The notes under the pieces were generated by a model, which worked only from the letters and a program-made list of their open reading frames with translations, was not told the origin of the DNA and did no database searches. 64,000 bases of DNA from Candidatus Cloacimonadales bacterium (GTDB lineage: Bacteria; Cloacimonadota; Cloacimonadia; Cloacimonadales; JAIOQZ01), in the NCBI GenBank assembly GCA_963662655.2, contig CAXXTU010000002.1:736001-800000 (forward strand), given 5' to 3'. The position numbers and the translations under genes are program-made. Shown piece by piece: positions 42,018-51,406 of this stretch; position 1 is the first letter of the stretch; every line of letters starts with the position of its first letter.

Positions 42018-42392
42018 AAATCCTCCTTACTATTATATAAGAAATCACAGTAATCAATTCAAAAGTGAACGTCTTCCCCAGCTTATTCACTGTCATGGTA
42101 CAGCAATACACCTTGTATTGCGGGTGTCAAGATTTTTTTTCAGGTCTGCGATTGGTTTGGTTGTGATGTTTTTGATTATTGTGCTTGCTGTGGATGAGAA
42201 CTCCAGCAGGAGTGGAATATCTACAAAATTTATATATCATTGTATCACGCTGTTATTATGTTAGTTAGGTCAGGCAAAAATAATGTAAGTGAATAAAAAG
42301 TCTCAAAAAACATTGACATGGGGGCAGAAGAAGCTATTCTTTATTTTCGTAACTTTAAGATATTGTAAGCATGCAAACGGATGGGGTCACGA

Positions 42393-43268
42393 ATGGAAGA
42401 AAAAACGACTATGAATCTAGATGAATTGATTCAGAAGGTCAATCAATCTGAAATAGCCTCCATTCGCAATTCAATCCTTGAAATCCTCCGTGTCGTAACC
42501 GACCCCCAAACCAGCGCCAAGCAACTAACAGAGTTGATCGAGCGCGATCCTCCACTATCCGCAAGAATATTGCGACGAGCAAACTCCGTCTTCTACGGTT
42601 CAACGCGAAAGATATCCGAGATCCGGCAGGCGATCGTTCGCATCGGTTTTGATGTTGTGAAAGAACTGACCCTGACGCAGAAGGTGTGCGAGCTCTTCGA
42701 GTATGGGACGAAGCAAGATGGATTTTCCCGTATGGAGCTCTGGAAAAACAGCGTAGCCGTTGCGATCTGCGCAAAGACGATCTATCGTCAGGAGTTCGGT
42801 CAGAAGGGCGAGGAGGCTTACGCTGCCGGAATTCTGCACAATATCGGTCTTGTCGTGGAAGACCAGTTCATGCACGAGAAGTTTCTTGAGGTCGTCGATG
42901 TGAAGTCTATGATGAAAGACAACTTTCTGCATGCTGAAAGCTCCGTGTTCGGCATGAACCACGCTGAAATTGGCGGAGCGCTTGCTGAAAGCTGGAACCT
43001 GCCGCTGGAACTCGTCTGCGCCATACGGTTCCATCATGCGCCTTTCAAAGCGGAGAATGGATTGGGGCAGATCGTTATGGCGCTCTATCTGGCCGACTAC
43101 CTTTGCCAGTCCAACGGTATCGGTTTCTGCGATACGCCGTACGGAAACCGGCTGATGTTCCGTCGGTGCCTGAGCCATCTCGATATTAAGGACAAAGCTA
43201 CAGATTTCATCGTCCAGGATGTGGTTGCCGAGATAAAGAAGATGGAAAAGGCAGGATGGTTCGGATGA
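42393..43268 (+). CDS. HDOD domain protein
   Basis: IERDPPLSARILRRANS, AGILHNIG, HAEIGGALAESWNLP, IRFHH. Confidence 0.9.
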   Translation: MEEKTTMNLDELIQKVNQSEIASIRNSILEILRVVTDPQTSAKQLTELIERDPPLSARILRRANSVFYGSTRKISEIRQAIVRIGFDVVKELTLTQKVCELFEYGTKQDGFSRMELWKNSVAVAICAKTIYRQEFGQKGEEAYAAGILHNIGLVVEDQFMHEKFLEVVDVKSMMKDNFLHAESSVFGMNHAEIGGALAESWNLPLELVCAIRFHHAPFKAENGLGQIVMALYLADYLCQSNGIGFCDTPYGNRLMFRRCLSHLDIKDKATDFIVQDVVAEIKKMEKAGWFG

Positions 43269-44617
43269 AGCGAAAGGCGATACGCAAGGGTAATGAACGG
43301 ATAATCAATCGCTTGCAGGAACAAGTGGAAGAGCTTGAGATCAAGCTGAAACATACACAAAACGATTTTGATCTGACCAAACAAGATTTCGAAGCCACGC
43401 AGGAGCAATATTTCGAGACGCTTTTACAAATCCAGAAGCAAGAGCAGGAGCAGAAGCGACTTCACAGCGTTTTACGCCACTCACAGCGAATGGAGGCGGT
43501 TGGTTTGCTTGCAGGCGGGATCGCCCACGATTTCAATAACCTGCTGACAGTATTCCAGGTTACGATCGAGATCATGATGAATCACGCTGATCGATCCGAC
43601 CCACTCTTCAAGCATGTGGACCAGCTCAATCGAGCTGTTGGAAGAGCTTCCGCTTTGACAAACCAATTGCTGGTATTCAGCCGGAAGCAGGTTCTCCAGC
43701 CGAGGGTGATGAACATCAACCACATCGTAAAAGAAGTTAGCGAGATGCTCAGGAGGCTCATCGGTGAAAATATCGAGGTCGATATGTTCCTCGAAGAGGA
43801 TTTGGGGAATGTCAAGGCCGATCCCGGTCAGATCGAGCAGGTTTTGCTCAACCTGATCATCAATGCGCGCGACGCGATGCCGAACGGCGGTAAATTGACC
43901 ATCGAGACCTGCAATATCGAGTTTGACGACGTATATCTGAATTCGCATCCAGATGTAAACGAGGGATCGCATGTGATGCTGGCCGTGTCCGATAGCGGTG
44001 TCGGCATGGACAAGATCACCCAGGAGAAGATTTTCGATCCGTTCTTCACCACGAAAGATAAAGAGAGTTTCTCGGGGCTGGGACTTGCGATGGTCTGGGG
44101 GATTGTCCGGCAATCCGATGGGCAGATATGGGTTTACAGCGAGCCGAACCTCGGCACGACCTTCAAGATATACCTGCCGCTTGTGGATGGCGAGGCGCAG
44201 CCGCTGGATCAGTATCATTTCCAGCCTCTGGATATCCGTGGAAGCGAAACGATCCTCGTGGTCGAGGACGAGGAGGACGTGAGACAGCTGATCTCGGAAG
44301 CTCTTTACAATCAGGGGTATCGTGTGATCGAGGCCTCGGACGGTACGGAAGGTTACGAAAAGATGATCGAGCACAAGAACGAGATCGATATGGTTGTTAC
44401 GGATCTGATCATGCCTCATCTCAGCGGGAAGATGATGGCTGCGAAGATTCTAGAGAAATTGCCACAGACAAAGATTCTATTCATGTCCGGATACACCGAC
44501 GATATGATCGCCAACAACGGCATCCTCATTGAGGGAACCCATTTTATACAAAAACCTTTCAAGCTCCGTGATTTGCTTCATCGCGTAAAGGCCATCATCG
44601 AGGGGAGCGAGAAATAG
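43265..44617 (+). CDS. Cytoplasmic hybrid histidine kinase (HisKA-HATPase-REC, CckA-like)
   Basis: [34 protein letters not shown]-terminal REC. Confidence 0.92.
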   Translation: MKRKAIRKGNERIINRLQEQVEELEIKLKHTQNDFDLTKQDFEATQEQYFETLLQIQKQEQEQKRLHSVLRHSQRMEAVGLLAGGIAHDFNNLLTVFQVTIEIMMNHADRSDPLFKHVDQLNRAVGRASALTNQLLVFSRKQVLQPRVMNINHIVKEVSEMLRRLIGENIEVDMFLEEDLGNVKADPGQIEQVLLNLIINARDAMPNGGKLTIETCNIEFDDVYLNSHPDVNEGSHVMLAVSDSGVGMDKITQEKIFDPFFTTKDKESFSGLGLAMVWGIVRQSDGQIWVYSEPNLGTTFKIYLPLVDGEAQPLDQYHFQPLDIRGSETILVVEDEEDVRQLISEALYNQGYRVIEASDGTEGYEKMIEHKNEIDMVVTDLIMPHLSGKMMAAKILEKLPQTKILFMSGYTDDMIANNGILIEGTHFIQKPFKLRDLLHRVKAIIEGSEK

Positions 44618-44630
44618 CAATCTGCTTACC

Positions 44631-44753
44631 GTCGCGGCATCTTCGCCCGATCTCCCTTTAAAAGTGGATATACCACATCATAGGACTATCGAACGCAATA
44701 ATATGATGTGGAACACCACGTTTAAAGGGAGATCGAACGAATCTGCTCACGAC
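44631..44753 (-). repeat. Structured hairpin element family 1, copy C
   Basis: Same conserved boxes; begins 13 nt after the kinase stop codon. Confidence 0.85.
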
Positions 44754-44829
44754 TCTCGATTATAGTAATCGCAAGAACTCCCTGAGATTTCCATTGACGC
44801 GCTCGCCGTCCCGGTGAAGATTGCCATCA

Positions 44830-44905
44830 AGAATCAGGGGTGCTCGTAGCGGCTGAGATTAGACCCTAAGAACCTGATCCGGGTAATTCCGGCGTAGGGA
44901 GTATG
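44830..44905 (+). promoter_or_regulatory. TPP riboswitch
   Basis: GGGGTGC...GCTGAGA...ACCC...ACCTGATCCGGGTAATTCCGGCGTAGGGA upstream of thiamine genes. Confidence 0.93.
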
Positions 44906-44983
44906 CTACATATTGTACGATCGTACTAAAATTTCTCCCCCAACGATCAACCGACTCACGGGCAACCAACAAAGGGGGATAAA

Positions 44984-45760
44984 ATGGAACAACTTGTTTC
45001 AACAGCAATTCTGGAAACCTATTTCAAGAAACTGCGCGATTCGCTCAACGTGGATGCCGCCATCGTGGGCGGGGGACCTTCCGGACTGGTTTGCGCGGAG
45101 ACGCTTGCCGGAATGGGCAAGAAGGTCGCGCTCTTCGAGAAGAAGCTCGCGCCCGGCGGAGGCATGTGGGGCGGAGCGATGCTCTTCAACCAGATCGTGG
45201 TGCAGAAGGAAGCAATTCACATTCTCGATGAGTATGGAATCACCCACGAGCATTTTGAAGGAGACTACTATACCTGCGACTCCGTGGAAGCGACCGCCGC
45301 GCTGATCTACCGCGCGAAGAAGGCCGGTGTGACGATATTCAACGGCGTCGCCATCGAGGACGTGGTGTTTCTCAACGAGAAAGTCAGCGGACTGGTGATC
45401 AATTGGACGCCCGTCATGCACATGGGTATGCACGTGGATCCGATGGTCGTGATGGCGAAAACGGTGCTCGACGGAACCGGACATCCATGTGAGATCACGC
45501 AGGTCGTGGCCAACAAGAACGGCATCAAGCTCGATACGCCGACCGGCGATGTAGCCGGCGAGCGGTCGCTGGCAGTGGGCGAGGGCGAGAAAGCGACCGT
45601 TGAGAACACGCGCGAGATTTTCCCGGGACTGTTCGTGAGCGGCATGGCTGCCAACGGCGTTCATGGCGCGTTCCGCATGGGCCCGATCTTCGGAGGCATG
45701 CTGCTCTCCGGCAAGAAAGCGGCGAAGATCATGGCGGAATCGATTGACGGACAGTCATGA
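44984..45760 (+). CDS. thi4: Thi4-family sulfide-dependent thiazole synthase
   Basis: IVGGGPSGL, GGGMWGG, HVDP, DGTGH, RMGPIFGGMLLSG. Confidence 0.92.
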   Translation: MEQLVSTAILETYFKKLRDSLNVDAAIVGGGPSGLVCAETLAGMGKKVALFEKKLAPGGGMWGGAMLFNQIVVQKEAIHILDEYGITHEHFEGDYYTCDSVEATAALIYRAKKAGVTIFNGVAIEDVVFLNEKVSGLVINWTPVMHMGMHVDPMVVMAKTVLDGTGHPCEITQVVANKNGIKLDTPTGDVAGERSLAVGEGEKATVENTREIFPGLFVSGMAANGVHGAFRMGPIFGGMLLSGKKAAKIMAESIDGQS

Positions 45761-46371
45761 AAGATTTCGGACTGTACGCCATCATGACATCGCCCCGCGC
45801 GGGGCACCGGAGATTTGCCGAAATCTGCGTGGAGGAAGGGGTTTGCATCCTGCAACTGCGCGAGAAGAATCTGCCTGACGGGCAACTCGTCGCCATTGCG
45901 AACGACATCCGCGCCATAACGAAGGGAACCGGCACGAGCTTCGTCGTCAACGACCGTGCCGATATCGCTGCCAGGTGCCATGCGGATGGCCTCCACCTGG
46001 GGCAGAGCGACATGGACATCGAGAAAGCGCGCGATATCTTCGACGGGATTATTGGGCTTTCCACGCACTCGATCCGGCAGGCGAAAGACGCGCTGGAGAA
46101 GCAGCCGGACTACATCGGCTTCGGGCCTGTGTACGCCACGCCAACCAAGGCGATCCCCGATCCGGTTGTCGGAACGGAGCTGCTTGCGGAAGTCGCGCGA
46201 TTCGCGAATATACCGGTCGTGGCGATTGGCGGGATTTTCCCGGAAAACCTCCCGGAAATTCTTCGGACCGGAGCGCGGAACGTTGCGCTGGTTCGCTTCC
46301 TCATGGAGGTTGAAGACCCGCGTGAACGCATCCGCTTCTTGCAGAAAACCATTCAAAATTCACAGGAGTAA
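45757..46371 (+). CDS. thiE: Thiamine-phosphate synthase
   Basis: QLREK, VNDRADIA, GLHLGQSD, IGLSTHS, GPVYATPTK, VAIGGI. Confidence 0.93.
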   Translation: MKDFGLYAIMTSPRAGHRRFAEICVEEGVCILQLREKNLPDGQLVAIANDIRAITKGTGTSFVVNDRADIAARCHADGLHLGQSDMDIEKARDIFDGIIGLSTHSIRQAKDALEKQPDYIGFGPVYATPTKAIPDPVVGTELLAEVARFANIPVVAIGGIFPENLPEILRTGARNVALVRFLMEVEDPRERIRFLQKTIQNSQE

Positions 46372-46375
46372 TACT

Positions 46376-47668
46376 ATGACACAAATAGAAAGCGCAAAAC
46401 AGGGAATTATCACGGAGGAAATGCGCCAGGTTGCCGCCGACGAGATGCTCGAAGCCGAGTACATTCGCCAGGGGCTGGCGGACGGAACCATCGTGATCCC
46501 GCACAATATCAACCATAAATTCCCGGCCCGAGGCATCGGCAAGGGACTTAAGACCAAGACGAACGCGAACATCGGCACCTCGGCTGACCACTGCAACCTT
46601 AAGGAAGAGATCGACAAGCTGCACATCGCCATCAAGCACGGCGTCGACAGTGTCATGGACCTCTCGACTGCCGGGAAGCTCGATTTCGCGCTCAAGACGA
46701 TGCTCAACGAATCCAGCGTGATGGTGGGAACCGTGCCGATCTACTCGGTGGTCTCCAAGCTCGCGCAAGACGGCAAGGACATCCTCTCGATGACCTCCGA
46801 CATGTTTTTCAAAGAGATCGAGCTGCAAGCGAAGTTCGGCGTCGATTTCATCACGGTTCACTGCGGGATCACGCGCCGCTCTATATCGTTCTTCGAAAAC
46901 GATCCCCGCTTGCTGGGCGTGGTGAGTCGCGGCGGTTCGCTTCTCAAGCGATGGATGATGTACCACGATCTCGAAAACCCCATCTTCGAGGAATTCGACA
47001 GGCTCTTGGACATCTGCCGCAAGTACGATGTCACGCTCAGCCTCGGCGACGGTTTTCGTCCCGGTGCGCAGGCGGATGCGACCGACCGTGGTCAGATCGC
47101 GGAATTGCTTGTGCTGGGTGAACTGGTCGACCGCGCGCGGGAAGCAGGCGTACAGGCAATGGTGGAAGGACCGGGGCATGTTCCCCTCAACGAGATCGTG
47201 ACCAACGTTCAGATTCAGAAGAAGCTCTGCAACAACGCGCCCTTCTACGTACTCGGTCCGCTTACGACGGATATCGCACCGGGCTACGACCACATCACGA
47301 GCGCCATCGGCGGCGCGATTGCGGCGGCAGCGGGAGTGGATTTCCTCTGCTATGTCACCCCGTCCGAGCACCTCTGTCTCCCCACGGAAGACGACGTTCG
47401 CAAAGGCGTTATCGCTGCCCGTCTCGCGGGGCACAGCGGCGACATCGCGAAGGGCATTCGCGGCGCGATCGAGAAGGACCACATCGTCTCCAAGGCTCGC
47501 AGGGAATTCGATTGGGAAACCATCTACAAGTATTCCCTGGATCCGGAGCTCGCGCGCGACCGCAAGGAGAATTCCGAGAGCGGGGGAGAAGACCATTGCT
47601 CGATGTGCGGAGAACTTTGTGCGGTAAAGACCGATCGTAAGTCGGCGGAGGAAATCGCGAAGAAATGA
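46376..47668 (+). CDS. thiC: Phosphomethylpyrimidine synthase
   Basis: MTQIESAKQGIITEEM start with AGGAG RBS; TNANIGTS, MDLST, GVVSRGG, VEGPGH, CSMCGELC. Confidence 0.95.
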   Translation: MTQIESAKQGIITEEMRQVAADEMLEAEYIRQGLADGTIVIPHNINHKFPARGIGKGLKTKTNANIGTSADHCNLKEEIDKLHIAIKHGVDSVMDLSTAGKLDFALKTMLNESSVMVGTVPIYSVVSKLAQDGKDILSMTSDMFFKEIELQAKFGVDFITVHCGITRRSISFFENDPRLLGVVSRGGSLLKRWMMYHDLENPIFEEFDRLLDICRKYDVTLSLGDGFRPGAQADATDRGQIAELLVLGELVDRAREAGVQAMVEGPGHVPLNEIVTNVQIQKKLCNNAPFYVLGPLTTDIAPGYDHITSAIGGAIAAAAGVDFLCYVTPSEHLCLPTEDDVRKGVIAARLAGHSGDIAKGIRGAIEKDHIVSKARREFDWETIYKYSLDPELARDRKENSESGGEDHCSMCGELCAVKTDRKSAEEIAKK

Positions 47669-48411
47669 AGCAGCCCTTCGTACTCTCCATCGCGGCAAGC
47701 GATAGCTCGGGAGGAGCCGGAATCCAGCAGGACATGCGCACGGCAATCGATTTCAACTGCTGGCTCCTGAACGCCGTAACCGGTGTGACCGTTCAGGATT
47801 TCAAGGGATTGTACCGCGTCGAACATGTGTCGACGGAGATCATTCGCTTCCAGATCGAGAGGGCCTTGAGCGCTTTCGACGTGAAGGCCGTGAAGATCGG
47901 GGCGGTTTGCGACAAAGAGGCGATCCCCGTCATTGCAAACGCGCTACGGGGAGTATCGCAGGTGATTCTCGATCCGGTATTCTCGCCAACCAAAGGTGAA
48001 GCGTTTCTCGGTGAAAACCTCCGGGAATTGTATGAACCTTTACTTGAGAAAGCGAGACTTATCACGCCGAATCGTAACGAGTTGGAAACCATTTCCGGCT
48101 CTCCGGTCGCAACGTACGACGATGCTGTGGAAGCCGCGTACGCCTTGCAGAAGAAGTTTGGTTGCGGCATCCTGATCAAATGCGGTCATTTCACAGAGGA
48201 GCCCTTGCGGGATATCCTGATCGATGCCGGTAGGGAGTACCATTTCGCCAGGAAGAAGAAGAACTGGAAGTACTCGCACGGCACCGGATGTATGCTTTCC
48301 ACAGCCATCGCTGCCTGCGTTGCGTGGGGTATCAATATGCCGGAGGCTGTCAAAAAAGCTTCCGATTACCTTGAAAAGAAATACGATGTATTGAATGAGA
48401 TGTTTGCCTGA
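47665..48411 (+). CDS. thiD: Hydroxymethylpyrimidine/phosphomethylpyrimidine kinase
   Basis: SIAASDSSGGAGIQQD, ILDPV, ITPNRNE, HGTGCMLSTAIA. Confidence 0.9.
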   Translation: MKQPFVLSIAASDSSGGAGIQQDMRTAIDFNCWLLNAVTGVTVQDFKGLYRVEHVSTEIIRFQIERALSAFDVKAVKIGAVCDKEAIPVIANALRGVSQVILDPVFSPTKGEAFLGENLRELYEPLLEKARLITPNRNELETISGSPVATYDDAVEAAYALQKKFGCGILIKCGHFTEEPLRDILIDAGREYHFARKKKNWKYSHGTGCMLSTAIAACVAWGINMPEAVKKASDYLEKKYDVLNEMFA

Positions 48412-48437
48412 ATTAACTCGGGAAGGCAGCATTCTAA

Positions 48438-48565
48438 GTGCGGGAGCAGATTCGTTCGATCTCCTTTTTCAGCGTGGTGTTCCACATCGTTTTTTTAAGT
48501 TCGATAGTCCCGACGATGTGGTATATCCACGTTGAAAAAGGAGATCGGGCGAAGATGCCTCGCGC
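48438..48565 (+). repeat. Structured hairpin element family 1, copy D (inverted relative to A-C)
   Basis: GAGCAGATTCGTTC...CGTGGTGTT...TTCGATAG...TATATCCACG...GGGCGAAGATGCC. Confidence 0.85.
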
Positions 48566-48573
48566 GTCTCAGG

Positions 48574-51009
48574 CTATGTAACCTGATCCAGTATTTCTCG
48601 CACCTTGTTCAAGAACGCATGGCGGCTGAACGGCTTGTTCAATAGCTGCAATTTCTCCTCGATCACGAACTTGTTGCTCATCGCGTTAAGGCTGTAACCG
48701 CTCACGAAGAGGAATTTGATGTCCTTCTTGCAATCGAGGAGCCTTTCACGAACAATCCTGCCACTGAATTTCGGTAGAATAACATCCAGAATCGCCAGTT
48801 CAATTTCATCCTGATGTTGGCAGAAAACTTCGATCGCCTCTTCGCCATCTTTCGCTTTCAGCACCTTGTATCCCGCTTTTTCGAGGATCATCGACGAGAG
48901 ATCGAGGAGCATTTGCTCGTCTTCAACAATCAAAACGGTCTCGCTGCCACCGCGAATCTCGGTTTGCTCGGACTGATCAAAGGTGATTTTACCATCTCCC
49001 GAGAGAGGGAAGTATATTTTGAAGGTTGTCCCCTTGCCGGGTTCGCTGTAAACGTAAATCATTCCATCATGCTGCTTGATGATTCCGTAAACCGTCGCCA
49101 GGCCAAGCCCGGTTCCTTTACCCACCTCTTTCGTCGTAAAGAAGGGCTCGAAGATTTTCTCACGCGTCTCCTTATCCATTCCCAAGCCGTTGTCGGAAAT
49201 GGTGAGTACGGCGTAATCTCCCACTCTGGCCCACGGGTAGATTCTCTGATAGTCTTCCGTAATATGGAAGTTCTTCGTCTCGATGATCAAGGATCCGCCG
49301 TCTGGCATGGCGTCCCGAGCGTTTACGCACAAGTTGATCACGACTTGGTCGATCTGTGCAGGATCTGCATAAACCATCCCAAGGTTTTCATCCAGATGGA
49401 ACTCAAGCTCGATATCAGCCCCGATTAAACGCGTAAGGATCTTGAAGAGTTCCCTGATCAGGGCATTCAAGTTGAGATACGTCGGTTGTATTACCTGCTT
49501 CCTGCTGAAGGTGAGAAGCTGCCCCGTCATGCGAGCAGCCTTGTGGGCCGCTTCGTTGATTTGAACGAGACATTCTTTGAAGTCGTCGACTTCTTCGGGT
49601 CCAAACTCGTCATGCAGGAGACTGATCTCCGTGTATCCCAGGATAATCTGTAGAAGGTTGTTGAAATCGTGAGCAATGCCCCCTGCAAGATGCCCGATTG
49701 CCTCCATCTTCATCGCTTGTGTCAATTGCTTATGCAACAGGTTCTTCTCTGTTTGATCGATGCACGCGCCTACCCACCGGACAGGTTTTCCGCCTTTATC
49801 CAGTTGCGGAACGGCGTAATCGTCCCACTCGCGCCAGTTTCCGCCTTTCGTCTGGATACGGTAACTTTCTTTGATCGGCGTCGGATCGAATCTATGATGC
49901 ATGACGGATTGCTCGAACGCGTCTCTGTCATCGGGATGGATGTGATTGATCCACTCCTGCATTTTCTCGCCAAATTCGCCTTTGTTGTAACCCAACGCCT
50001 CGTCGATATCACCGTACCACTTGATCGTGTCCTTCTCGATGTCCCATTCGTAAATCAAATCCGTTACGGTGCTTGCTGCAAGCCTGAACCGCTGCTCGCT
50101 CTGGAACAATGCTCTGCGAGCGGTCTCCGTCTTCGTAATATCTCGAGAAATTCCCTGAATCTCAAAGACCTGCCCTTCATGATTATACAGCGGAACGATT
50201 CTCGTCTCGATAAACACCGGTTCATCGTTTGCGTTACGAATCTCGAACTCGAACACCTCCTCCGTGCTTATACTCTCGATGGGATTGGCCAAGTTGTTGA
50301 TCGCATCCGTAAGTGGCGGATGATTGAACAGGATATTGATATTCTGGTCAAGAAGGTTTCCGTAATCATATCCCAGCATCTTTTTTATAGAAGGGCTTAC
50401 GTAGCTGAATTTTCCTCGCGGCGTGGCTCGCCATACGATATCCGAAATATGCTCGATGAGCTCCCTGAAACGGGATTCGCTCTTGCGGAGTTCATTTTCC
50501 GTCAGCTTGCGGTTATTGATCTCGATCTGGAGCTCTTTCACCTTCTTCTCGAGCTTGTCGGAGAGTACTTGCGTGTATTTTTTGTCCAGAGAGTCATCCG
50601 ATTCGGTTATCGGGTTCGTCGAGGGTATCCTGCCTTCTTCAATATCCTGTGTGTAGCTATTGATTATTTCGATTAAACGCTCGGGTTCTTCCGGTTTGAT
50701 GATGAAGCGATCAGCGCCGAGACTCAGGGCAAAGAGTTCGTCTTTGGGCTCGGTGTATGTGGCGGTATAGAAGATAAATGGTATCTGGCTGAGCACGACA
50801 TCGCGCTTCCACCGACGGCAAAGTTCGAATCCGTCCATCACGGGCATCAGGATATCCGAAATAATCAAATCGGGTTTGCTTTTGTGAGCTTCCTCGAGCG
50901 CTTGGGCTCCATTCTCGGCAGAAACAACGTCATGCCCGTAGCCTTGCAGCAACATCTGCAGCAAGTATCGATTCTCTTGTATATCGTCGACGATTAATAA
51001 TTTGCTCAT
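48574..51009 (-). CDS. Hybrid histidine kinase (REC-PAS-PAS-HisKA-HATPase-REC)
   Basis: N- and C-terminal REC, PAS/PAC motifs, [17 protein letters not shown]. Confidence 0.92.
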   Translation of the reverse strand: MSKLLIVDDIQENRYLLQMLLQGYGHDVVSAENGAQALEEAHKSKPDLIISDILMPVMDGFELCRRWKRDVVLSQIPFIFYTATYTEPKDELFALSLGADRFIIKPEEPERLIEIINSYTQDIEEGRIPSTNPITESDDSLDKKYTQVLSDKLEKKVKELQIEINNRKLTENELRKSESRFRELIEHISDIVWRATPRGKFSYVSPSIKKMLGYDYGNLLDQNINILFNHPPLTDAINNLANPIESISTEEVFEFEIRNANDEPVFIETRIVPLYNHEGQVFEIQGISRDITKTETARRALFQSEQRFRLAASTVTDLIYEWDIEKDTIKWYGDIDEALGYNKGEFGEKMQEWINHIHPDDRDAFEQSVMHHRFDPTPIKESYRIQTKGGNWREWDDYAVPQLDKGGKPVRWVGACIDQTEKNLLHKQLTQAMKMEAIGHLAGGIAHDFNNLLQIILGYTEISLLHDEFGPEEVDDFKECLVQINEAAHKAARMTGQLLTFSRKQVIQPTYLNLNALIRELFKILTRLIGADIELEFHLDENLGMVYADPAQIDQVVINLCVNARDAMPDGGSLIIETKNFHITEDYQRIYPWARVGDYAVLTISDNGLGMDKETREKIFEPFFTTKEVGKGTGLGLATVYGIIKQHDGMIYVYSEPGKGTTFKIYFPLSGDGKITFDQSEQTEIRGGSETVLIVEDEQMLLDLSSMILEKAGYKVLKAKDGEEAIEVFCQHQDEIELAILDVILPKFSGRIVRERLLDCKKDIKFLFVSGYSLNAMSNKFVIEEKLQLLNKPFSRHAFLNKVREILDQVT

Positions 51010-51012
51010 GTT

Positions 51013-51399
51013 CTATCCTCTGTCAGAAGATTCTCCGCTGTATCTCATCACTTCACCGATGAATGTATCCGGATTGATTGGTTTCTCGATGTAACCTGTG
51101 CAGCCGGCTTCCAATGCCTTCTCCTTGTCGCCCGGCATCGCATAGGAGGTAACAGCGATAATTGGTGTTTCTTTAACATCGGGCAATTTACGCAACTCTT
51201 GAGCAACTTCGTACCCGTTCATTTCGGGAAGCTGAATATCGAGCAGAATGACATCGGGACGATCGTGGGCGACAAGCTCGATGCCGTCCAACCCGTTCAT
51301 GGCATATATTACTTGAAATCCGCTCATCTCGAGCAGGTATTTGATCAGATACAGATTCTTCTCATTGTCCTCTATGATACATACTTTTCGCTTATCCAT
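51013..51399 (-). CDS. Single-domain response regulator (DivK-like)
   Basis: IIEDN, LLDIQLPEMNGYE, IIAVTSYAM, AGCTGYIEKP. Confidence 0.9.
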   Translation of the reverse strand: MDKRKVCIIEDNEKNLYLIKYLLEMSGFQVIYAMNGLDGIELVAHDRPDVILLDIQLPEMNGYEVAQELRKLPDVKETPIIAVTSYAMPGDKEKALEAGCTGYIEKPINPDTFIGEVMRYSGESSDRG

Positions 51400-51406
51400 T
51401 CGATCC

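Noticed and set aside
45956..46375. N-terminal extension of ThiC in the ORF track
   Set aside because: Overlaps thiE in another frame; the likely start with RBS is at 46376.
46301..47746. Long antisense ORFs (also 16300-17403, 49669-50676, 24543-25577, 43481-44419)
   Set aside because: Shadows of GC3-rich sense genes with no recognisable motifs.
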